Assembly: GCA_963702425.1 (NCBI GenBank)
Contig: CAVPCQ010000010.1
Coordinates: forward strand, 32,001-96,000
DNA: 64,000 bases
Origin: an uncultured Acidobacteriota bacterium
GTDB taxonomy: Bacteria; Acidobacteriota; Polarisedimenticolia; J045
Direction of reading: 5' to 3'
How positions within the stretch are numbered: position 1 is the first letter of the stretch; every line of letters starts with the position of its first letter. The notes beneath the pieces are model-generated. The model was not told where the DNA came from. It searched no databases and saw nothing but the letters and a program-made list of their open reading frames with translations. Shown piece by piece: positions 11,985 through 19,906 of this stretch. Made by a program: the position numbers and the translations under genes.

Positions 11985-13198
11985 TTATCCCGGCTCCCCG
12001 AGGATCTCCGCCAACGCATCCGCCAGCCGCTCGAAGTCGGGGAGCGCGTTGTAGAGCGCGGCCGAGATCCGGACCAGCATCCCGCCGGGCGCGCTCGACC
12101 ACGGGAAGATCTTGCTCTCGATCCGGAAGCGCTCGAAGAGCAGGTCCTCCAGCGCGTCCGCCGAAAGGCCGTGCGCAGCCGCCCCCCGGGCGGGTGCGGG
12201 AAGCGGCAGCGACGCCATCGCGGCGACGGTTTCGGGAGGGCAGGGGAGCGCGACCCCCAGCCGGCGGGCGAGCAGGTCGCGCGCGGCCAGCGCCAGCGCG
12301 CGCTGGCGCGCAACGATCGCCGGCCAGCCGCCGGGCACCTCCTCGTCGAGCACCCGGATCGCTTCCGGAACGGCCAGCCACGCGGTCGGGTCGGCGGTCC
12401 CGGTCCAGTCGAACTCCAGCCGGAAGCGCGAGCGCCCGGGGCGCGACGCACCGTGACCGAGGCTGACCACCAGCGGCGAGATCCCCTCGCGCCGGTCCGC
12501 GCGGACCCAGAGCGCGGCCGCACCCTTCGGCGCGCAGAGCCACTTGTGCGCGTTGAAGGTGGTGTAGGCGGCGCCGATCGCCTCGAGCGCGAGCGGCACC
12601 ATCCCCGGCGCGTGCGCGGCGTCGACCAGCGCGTCGACCCCGCGCGCGTCGAGTTCGCGCACGAGCCGCGCGAGCGGCACGACGAGCGCGGTCGGGGCCG
12701 TGACGTGGTCGATCAGCGCCAGCCGGGTGCGCGGCGTGACGGCGGCGAGGACCGGGGCCAGCGAGGTCGTCCCCCGCCGCCATCGGGAACGGGACGCGCG
12801 CGACGACGACCCGCGCGCCGGACCGCGCCGCCCAGGCTTCCAGCGCGTTGCGGCACGCGGGATAGGCGTGGTCGGTGGTCAGCAGCTCGTCGCCCGGCGC
12901 GAGCCGCAGTGACGCCAGGACCGTGTTGACCCCGGTCGTCGCGTTGGCGACGAACGCAAGTCCCTCCGGGTCGCCCCCCGCAAACGCGCCGAGCGCGGTC
13001 GCGCGCCGCGTCGAGCAGCGGCTCGAGCTCGCGCGCGAGGAAACGGAACGGCTCGCGCTCGAGCCGGTCCCGGAGCCGCCCCTGGAAGTCGAGCACCGGC
13101 CGCGGGCAGGCGCCGAACGAGCCGTGGTTGAGGTAGAGGACCGCCGGATCGAGGCTCCAGAGGTCGCGGCGGACGGGGACGTCGAGCGGCAGGTCCAT
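11985..13198 (-). CDS. Class V PLP-dependent enzyme (isopenicillin N epimerase / cysteine desulfhydrase / Egt2-like); two apparent frameshifts near 12765 and 13000
   Basis: YLNHGSFGACP, FVANATTGVN, VDAAHAPG, NAHKWLCAPKG (PLP lysine), WTGTAD, RISAALYN spread over three frames. Confidence 0.85.
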
Positions 13199-13326
13199 CG
13201 GCCGCATCTTGCACGGCGCCGGCCGGGAACAAAAGCCATCCCCGGTGGTCCAACAGCTGGAGGACCGGGGCGGGAGCGCCTCGCGCCGGCCCCACAAGCG
13301 CCGCAGGTCGTGGCATTCTCCCGGGG

Positions 13327-13929
13327 ATGGCGCAGCAGCATCGGGAGATGACCGAGGCGCGGGAGAGCGAGCTCGTCGAGCGTGCGCGACTGGGCGACCG
13401 GGAGGCCTTCGACGAGCTGATGGAGGCGCACCTTCCCCGGGTGTGGCGGGTGGCCTACCGGATCGTCCGCCACGACCAGGACGCCGAGGACGTCGTGCAG
13501 GAGACCTTTCTCGCCGCCTTCCGGACGATTCCCGCCTTCCGGCACGAGGCCAAACTCTCGACCTGGCTGACCCGGATCGCGACCAGCCGCGCGCTCAACC
13601 ACCTCGATCGGGCGGCCGAGCGGGTCCGCCGGGCCAGCCGGCCGATCGACCTGCGGCCGTCCGAGCTGGAGCTCGGCGTGCCGGAGCCGGTCGCGACCGG
13701 CCCGAGCCCGCTCCAGGAGCTGGAGCGCAAGGAGCTCGCGGCCCGTCTGGTCGAATGCCTGGAGCGGCTGCCCGGGCCGTGGCGCTCGGTCCTCGCCCTG
13801 CGCGAGGGGGAGGGGCTGAGCTACGAGGAGATCGCCGAGACGATGGACCTGAACCTCGGCACCGTCCGCTCGCGCCTGGCACGGGCGCGCGTCGCGCTGC
13901 GCGATTGCATCGAGGGGAGGTCGGGATGA
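13327..13929 (+). CDS. ECF sigma-70 factor (RpoE/SigW-like)
   Basis: GDREAFDEL, DAEDVVQETFL, LSTWLTRIA, GLSYEEIA, GTVRSRLARAR. Confidence 0.93.
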   Translation: MAQQHREMTEARESELVERARLGDREAFDELMEAHLPRVWRVAYRIVRHDQDAEDVVQETFLAAFRTIPAFRHEAKLSTWLTRIATSRALNHLDRAAERVRRASRPIDLRPSELELGVPEPVATGPSPLQELERKELAARLVECLERLPGPWRSVLALREGEGLSYEEIAETMDLNLGTVRSRLARARVALRDCIEGRSG

Positions 13930-15413
13930 GCAGCCACCAAGACCGGCACCCCGACGAGATGATCTCCGCGCTCTTCGACGGCGAGCTGGCGCCCGAGGAG
14001 TGGACCGCCGTCAAGGAGCACCTCGAGCAGTGCCCGCGCTGCCAGCGGCTGCTCGAGGAGATCAAATCGATCTCGGCCGCGCTGCCGGAGGATCCGCCGG
14101 TGCCCGACGGCCTCGCCGCGCGGGTCCGGGAGCGGCTGCCGGCGGGGACCGGGCGCCAGCGCGTCGCGCCGCCGCGCCGCGAGACGGTCCCCTTCAGGCC
14201 GGCGCGCCGGCGCATCACCTTCCCGCTCGCGGCCGGGGCCGGGCTGGCGGCGACACTGATCGTCGGGGCGCTCCTGGTGCAGTACCTTCCGGCGAACCTC
14301 TGGTCGCGCCTGCCCCTGCCGCCCCGGGGGGCCGAGGAGGGCGCGCCGGGCGCCTTCGGCGACCAGGCCGGAAGCGGGCGGGAGGAGCGATCCGCCGCCG
14401 CGGAGAACGCTCCGGCCAAGGAACAGGCTGGCGAGCCGGGGAGTGGGCCCGGCGTCGCTGCGGCTCCCGCTGGCGGCACCGCGACCGCCGAAGCCGATCT
14501 CGCGGCGGCCTCGAAGCTCGACGAGATGGCGCAGCGTCCGGCGGATGCGGAAGGGGCCGCGGCGCCGAGCGGGATCGGATCGCCGGCTGCGACATCGACC
14601 GACTTCGCCGCCGCGGGGGAGCGCCCCGGGTTCGCGCCCGGGCAGGAGCTGCCGGTCACCGTCCCGGAGGAGGCCGACGAACCGTCGCGCACGGCCCAGG
14701 AGATCGCGCTCGACCCGGTCAACCAGGCGGCCGCGGGAGAGGCTGCGCCGGGGGCACCGGTGGGGGCGTCGTCGGGGGCGTCGTCGGGGGCGTCGCCGGG
14801 GGAATGCCCGGAGCGACCGGTCGAGGACGGCACCGCAACCGCCGCCGACGGGCAACCGGCGCTCGCCAAGGACGACAAGGCGCGAGGCCAGCGCGAGGAT
14901 GCAGCGTCGGCGCTCGAGCGGGCGAAGTCCGCCCCGACGGCCGCGCCGCCGGCGGCGAAGATCGAACGGCTCGGCGATCGCGTGGCCGAGGCCGTCGCAG
15001 TCCCCTCCGCGGCCAGCGTTGCCGAGTGCCGCGCCACCTGGGGGGCGCCGCGGCAGGCGAGCTGGCCGGTCACGGCGGGGCGCCATCCCGAGCGAGCGGT
15101 GGGTGGCGCGGGGAAGGCTTCGGGCGGGAAGTCGGTCGTTCAGGAAAGCCCGCGCCGCATCCGGGTCACGGTGACACGCGAGCGCTGGCCCGAGCTGATG
15201 CAGCGGCTCGCGGCGGCCGGCGTGACCGGGACCGCTCAGCTACCCGCACCCCCCGAGTGGGCGGACTGCGCGGCGGTCAACGTCTCGCTCCCCGAACCCC
15301 CGGCCACGCCGCCTTCCCCCGTGCCGCCGTCCCCGGAAACACCTCCGCCCCGCCGCCCGCGTCCTGACGCGGACCGCGCGACGTCGTCCCGGCACACCGC
15401 GCGATGCGGCTGA
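13926..15413 (+). CDS. Zinc-binding anti-sigma factor (zf-HC2) with a TM helix and long low-complexity extracytoplasmic tail; 3' end uncertain
   Basis: ATGA overlap with the sigma gene; ISALFDGEL...HLEQCPRC (HxxxCxxC); TM segment AGLAATLIVGALLVQYL. Confidence 0.82.
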   Translation: MSSHQDRHPDEMISALFDGELAPEEWTAVKEHLEQCPRCQRLLEEIKSISAALPEDPPVPDGLAARVRERLPAGTGRQRVAPPRRETVPFRPARRRITFPLAAGAGLAATLIVGALLVQYLPANLWSRLPLPPRGAEEGAPGAFGDQAGSGREERSAAAENAPAKEQAGEPGSGPGVAAAPAGGTATAEADLAAASKLDEMAQRPADAEGAAAPSGIGSPAATSTDFAAAGERPGFAPGQELPVTVPEEADEPSRTAQEIALDPVNQAAAGEAAPGAPVGASSGASSGASPGECPERPVEDGTATAADGQPALAKDDKARGQREDAASALERAKSAPTAAPPAAKIERLGDRVAEAVAVPSAASVAECRATWGAPRQASWPVTAGRHPERAVGGAGKASGGKSVVQESPRRIRVTVTRERWPELMQRLAAAGVTGTAQLPAPPEWADCAAVNVSLPEPPATPPSPVPPSPETPPPRRPRPDADRATSSRHTARCG

Positions 15414-15980
15414 CCGACCTGCTCCTCCTCGCGATCGGCCTCGCGATGGACGCCTTCGCGGTCGCGGTCTCGTGCGGCTTCGCCTTCCCCCGCCGCGAGC
15501 ACTGGGGCGCGCTGCGGATCGCGCTCTCGTTCGGGCTGTTCCAGGCGGCCATGCCGATCCTGGGCTGGGCCGCGGGCCTGTCGGTGCGGCACCAGATCGA
15601 GGCCTGGGACCACTGGCTGGCCTGCGCGCTGCTGACGGTGATCGGCATCAAGATGATCCGCGAAGCGCTCGCCTCCTGGCGGCAGGAATCCGCGATGGAG
15701 CTGCCCGACGCCGTCACGCTGCTCGGGCTGTCGGTGGCGACCAGCATCGACGCGCTCGCGGTCGGCCTGTCGCTGTCGTTCCTGCAGGTCGAGATCGCGA
15801 CCCCGGCGCTGGTCATCGGGATCGTCACCTTCGTCATGTCGTTCGCGGGGATCGTGCTGGGGTTCGAGCTCGAACACCGCCTGCGGGGGCGCTGGCGGCG
15901 CAACATCCAGGTCGCCGGCGGCGCTGATCCTGATCGCGATCGGGATCCGGATCGTGCTGGAGCACACGCTGGGCCCCTGA
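15404..15980 (+). CDS. mntP: Manganese efflux pump MntP; frameshift near 15922 falsely fuses it to the next ORF
   Basis: AIGLAMDAFAVAV, FGLFQAAMP, ATSIDALAVG; corrected frame ends GGLILIAIGIRIVLEHTLGP with TGA at 15978. Confidence 0.88.
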
Positions 15981-16057
15981 TCGGGACGGGACTGCCCCGC
16001 GGCTCCCGGTCCGGCATAATCCTCGCACCTGTCGCCTTTCTCCCTCCAGGAGGCTCC

Positions 16058-17590
16058 ATGGAACGCGTACTTCGTCCGGGGCACCCCGCCCTCGCGCTCG
16101 TCCTCGCCGCCGTGCTGCTGCTCACCGTCCCGCCGGCCGCCGCGCAGGACCTGGCGTCCTTCGAGCGGCGCCTCACCGAGCACCGACTGCCGAACGGCCT
16201 GACCTTCCTGATCTACGAACGCCCCGGCGCGCCGGTCGTGTCGTTCTACACCCACGTCAACGTCGGCGCGGCGCAGGAGGTGCCGGGCATCACCGGCATC
16301 GCCCACATGTTCGAGCACATGGCCTTCAAGGGGACGACGGTCATCGGGACGACCGACTGGCCCGCCGAGAACGCCGCGCTCGAGAAGGTCGAAGCCGCGT
16401 GGGACGCGCTCTACGCCGAGCGGACGAAGATCGGCGGCGGCGACCCGGCGAAGTTGAAGGAGCTGGAGAAGGCCTTCAAGGACGCGCAGGAGGCGGCGGA
16501 CAAGTACATCGTCAAGAACCAGTTCGGCGACATCATCGACCGCCAGGGCGGGACCGGCATGAACGCCTCCACCGGTTCCGACCAGACGAACTACTTCTAC
16601 TCGCTGCCGGCCAACAAGGTCGAGCTGTGGGCTTACCTCGAGTCCGAACGCTTCCTCGACCCCGTGTTCCGCGAGTTCTACAAGGAACGCGACGTCGTGA
16701 TGGAAGAGCGGCGGCTGCGGACAGAGAGCCAGCCGACGGGCCGGCTGATGGAGCAGTTCCTGGCGACGGCCTACGTCGCGCACCCCTACAAGCAGCCGGT
16801 CGTCGGCTACATGAGCGACCTGCAGTCGTTCTCGGCGACCGACGCGAAGGCGTTCTACGCGAAGTACTACGTCCCCTCGAACATCGTGATCGCGATCGTC
16901 GGCGACGTGAAGGCCAAGGAGCTCATCCCGGTCCTCGACCGCTACTTCGGGCGCCTGCCGAAGGGTGAGACTCCGCCCCCGCTGCGGACGGTGGAGCCCA
17001 AGGCGATCGCCGAGAAGCAGGTGCTCAAGACGGACAAGTCGCAGCCGATCTACATGGAGGGCTACCACCGCGCTGCGGTGACCAGCCCCGAGGACGCAAC
17101 CTACCAGGCCCTCGCCGAGGTCCTCGGCACCGGCCGCACCTCCCGCCTCTACCGCAGCCTGGTGCGCGACCAGAAGGTCGCCGTGCAGGCCACCGTCTTC
17201 CCGTCGTTCCCGGGCGGCAAGTATCCCTCGCTGATGGTCTTCTTCGGGATCCCGGCCCCCGGCCGCACGAACGAGGAGGTCCAGGCCGCGATTCGCGCGC
17301 AGATCGAGAAAATCAGGAACGAGCCGGTGACCGACGAGGAGCTGGCAATGGTCAAGTCGCGGGCCAAGGCGTCGCTGGTGCGCGGCCTGCAGAGCAACAT
17401 GGGGATCGCGCGGCAGCTCGGCGCCGCCCAGACGATCTACGGCGACTGGCGCGAGATGTTCACCGGCGTGACCGAGATCGACGCGGTGACCAAGGAGGAC
17501 ATCCAGCGCGTCGCGAAGGCGACCTTCGTGCCCGACAACCGGACCGTCGCGATGATCGTCAACGAAGACGCCAAGTCGGCGAAGAACTGA
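16058..17590 (+). CDS. M16 family zinc peptidase, catalytic subunit, with signal peptide
   Basis: AGGAGG RBS; GIAHMFEHMAFKG (HxxEH), MNAST, ERDVVMEERR. Confidence 0.93.
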   Translation: MERVLRPGHPALALVLAAVLLLTVPPAAAQDLASFERRLTEHRLPNGLTFLIYERPGAPVVSFYTHVNVGAAQEVPGITGIAHMFEHMAFKGTTVIGTTDWPAENAALEKVEAAWDALYAERTKIGGGDPAKLKELEKAFKDAQEAADKYIVKNQFGDIIDRQGGTGMNASTGSDQTNYFYSLPANKVELWAYLESERFLDPVFREFYKERDVVMEERRLRTESQPTGRLMEQFLATAYVAHPYKQPVVGYMSDLQSFSATDAKAFYAKYYVPSNIVIAIVGDVKAKELIPVLDRYFGRLPKGETPPPLRTVEPKAIAEKQVLKTDKSQPIYMEGYHRAAVTSPEDATYQALAEVLGTGRTSRLYRSLVRDQKVAVQATVFPSFPGGKYPSLMVFFGIPAPGRTNEEVQAAIRAQIEKIRNEPVTDEELAMVKSRAKASLVRGLQSNMGIARQLGAAQTIYGDWREMFTGVTEIDAVTKEDIQRVAKATFVPDNRTVAMIVNEDAKSAKN

Positions 17591-17603
17591 GGAGCGGACG
17601 ACG

Positions 17604-19754
17604 ATGAGACTCATCACCCTGCCGACCGTCCCCCTGTTGAAGCTCGCAGCCGCGCTCCTGCTCGCCGCGGCCACGATCGCGCCCGCCGCCGCCCAGGCCA
17701 AGGCCTGGTCGGACATCCAGTACCCGCCGCTGCCGGCCTTCCCGATCCCCAAGCCGCAGGTCGTCGACCTGCCCAACGGGATGAAGGTCTTCCTGCTCGA
17801 GGACCGCGAGCTGCCGCTGATCTCCGTCACCGCCCTGGTCCGCGCCGGCTCCAACTGGGAGCCGGCCGACAAGACCGGCCTCGCGTTCCTGACCGGCTCG
17901 GTGCAGCGCACCGGCGGGACCGCGACGATGACCGGCGACCAGATCGACGACTTCCTGGCCGCCCGTGCGGCATCGGTCGAGACCTTCATCGGCGACGACG
18001 CGGGCAGCGCCTCGATGGACTGCCTGAAGCAGGACTTCGACGCCGTGCTGCCGGTCTACGCCGACGTGCTGCGCCGGCCGGCCTTCGCGCAGGACAAGCT
18101 CGACGTCGCCAGGGTCCAGGCCAACGCCGGGATCGCGCGCCGCAACGACAACGTCGGCGGGATCACGAACCGCGAGATCACGAAGCTGGTCTACGGCGCC
18201 GACTCGCCGCTGGCCCGGCAGACGGAGTACGCGACGATCGCCGCGATCACGCGCGACGACCTGGTCGCGTTCCACGGGAAGTACTACCACCCGAACAACG
18301 TCTACCTCGGCGTCGTCGGCGACTTCGACGCCCGGGAGATGCTCGCGAAGCTGCAGCAGGCGTTCGGCGACTGGCCGAAGGGGCCGGCCTTCGACGGCGG
18401 CCCGGTACCGTACCGCAAGACCCCGAACCCGGGCCTCTACTTCGTCGAGAAGAGCGACGTCAACCAAGCGAACATCGTGCTGGCCGAGCTGGGGATCGAG
18501 CAGAAGAACCCGGACTACTTCGCGGTCGAGGTGATGAACGAGGCCTTCGGCGGCGGCTTCTCGGCGCGGCTGTTCTCCAACGTGCGCTCGAAGAAGGGTC
18601 TGGCCTACAGCGTGCGCGGCGGGCTGGGCTCGGACTTCCTCTACCCGGGGCTGTTCCAGGCCGGTCTTCAGACCGCGTCGTCGAACATGTCCCGCGCGAT
18701 CGACGCGATGAAGTTCGAGATCAACGACCTGATCGCCAACCCGCCCAGCGACGACGAGATCCGGCGCGCCAAGGAGTCGATCCTGAACTCCTTCATCTTC
18801 AACTACGACTCGCGCCGCAAGATTCTCGGGCAGCAGATGAACTACGCCTTCTACGGCCTGCCGGCTGACTACCTCGAGAGCTACCGCGCCAACATCGAGA
18901 AAGTCACGCGCGAGGACGTGGCGCGGGTGGCGAAGACGTACGTCAAGCCCGAGCAGTTGGCGGTGCTGGTCGTCGGCAAGGCGGCCGACTTCGACAAGCC
19001 GCTGGCCGAGCTGGGGCCGGTGACGACGCTGGACATCACGATCCCGCCGCCGCCGGTCAAGGGGCCAAAGGTCGAGAAGACCGCCGCGTCGCTGGCCGAG
19101 GGGCGCGCAGTATGGCAGCGCGCGGTAAAGTCGATGACCGGCGGCAAGCCGTTCGCGCCGGCGGCGATCGAGAGCGTGGCGACGATCGCCCTGACGCAGC
19201 CGATGCCGATGACGATCAAGCAGACCTCGCTGGCGGTTTTCCCGGACCGCCGGCGCACGGTGCAGGCCCTCCCGATGGGCGAACAGGTGATCGTCCTCGA
19301 CGGCGCCGGCGGCTTCATGCAGATGGGGCCGCGCTCGATGCCGCTCGCAGGCGAGCAGCTCGAGCGCAGCACGAAGGAGTTCGCGCGGCAGCTGACGACG
19401 CTCCTGCGCTACGCCGCCGACCCGGGGCTGGAGGCGGTCTCGGTCGGGAAGGAAACCGTCGACGGGGTGGCGGCCGACGTGGTCGCGATCGCGTTCCGCG
19501 GGGCGGAGACGCGGCTCACGATCGCCGCGGACGGCCGCGTGCTCAAGCAATCGCACACGGCGACCAACCCGGCGACGCGGGCTCCGGGCCAGGCTGAGAT
19601 CGTCTTCTCCGACTGGCGGGAGGCCGGCGGCGTGAAGCTGCCGTACAGGCAGTCGACGCGCTTCGACGGCCAGGAGGTCGCGGCGACGACGGTCGAGTCG
19701 ATCACGCTCGACCCGAAGGTCGATCCGGCGCTGTTCGCGAAGCCGGCGGCGTAA
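17604..19754 (+). CDS. M16 family non-catalytic partner subunit with an extra C-terminal domain of about 230 aa
   Basis: LPNGMKV, GLAFLTG (no HxxEH), GGGFSARLFSNVRSKKGLAYSV; signal peptide. Confidence 0.88.
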   Translation: MRLITLPTVPLLKLAAALLLAAATIAPAAAQAKAWSDIQYPPLPAFPIPKPQVVDLPNGMKVFLLEDRELPLISVTALVRAGSNWEPADKTGLAFLTGSVQRTGGTATMTGDQIDDFLAARAASVETFIGDDAGSASMDCLKQDFDAVLPVYADVLRRPAFAQDKLDVARVQANAGIARRNDNVGGITNREITKLVYGADSPLARQTEYATIAAITRDDLVAFHGKYYHPNNVYLGVVGDFDAREMLAKLQQAFGDWPKGPAFDGGPVPYRKTPNPGLYFVEKSDVNQANIVLAELGIEQKNPDYFAVEVMNEAFGGGFSARLFSNVRSKKGLAYSVRGGLGSDFLYPGLFQAGLQTASSNMSRAIDAMKFEINDLIANPPSDDEIRRAKESILNSFIFNYDSRRKILGQQMNYAFYGLPADYLESYRANIEKVTREDVARVAKTYVKPEQLAVLVVGKAADFDKPLAELGPVTTLDITIPPPPVKGPKVEKTAASLAEGRAVWQRAVKSMTGGKPFAPAAIESVATIALTQPMPMTIKQTSLAVFPDRRRTVQALPMGEQVIVLDGAGGFMQMGPRSMPLAGEQLERSTKEFARQLTTLLRYAADPGLEAVSVGKETVDGVAADVVAIAFRGAETRLTIAADGRVLKQSHTATNPATRAPGQAEIVFSDWREAGGVKLPYRQSTRFDGQEVAATTVESITLDPKVDPALFAKPAA

Positions 19755-19782
19755 CGGGCGCGCGGCGGGACGCGACGGCGGC

Positions 19783-19896
19783 GTAGGGGCCGGCCTCCGT
19801 GCCGGCCCGCCCTGCGCATCGAGGAAACGGGCCGCCACAGAGGGCGGCCCCTACGGCCGCTGCGCGAACGGTAGGGGCCGGCCTCCGTGCCGGCCC
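19783..19896. repeat. Cluster of three GTAG-type REP elements (+19783-19808, -19829-19854, +19871-19896) between convergent genes
   Basis: GTAG-GGGCCGGC-CTCCGT-GCCGGCCC; the middle copy is an inverted variant. Confidence 0.9.
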
Positions 19897-19906
19897 GCCG
19901 GACAGC

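Noticed and set aside
11985-13198. Isopenicillin N epimerase-like gene as evidence of beta-lactam biosynthesis
   Set aside because: No NRPS, IPNS or other biosynthetic genes are nearby, and this class V family is widespread as standalone C-S lyases.
11287-13602. 771-aa PLP enzyme-LON fusion ORF
   Set aside because: Chance frame continuity caused by indels. The LON-N gene has its own start at 11976, after the PLP gene stop at 11985.
15404-17590. 728-aa MntP-M16 peptidase fusion in the ORF track
   Set aside because: Artefact of the indel near 15922. MntP ends at 15980 and the peptidase has its own RBS, ATG (16058) and signal peptide.
19783-19896. REP triplet as a mini CRISPR array
   Set aside because: The repeats alternate in orientation, the spacers are only 16-20 nt, copies are dispersed across the window, and no cas genes are present.
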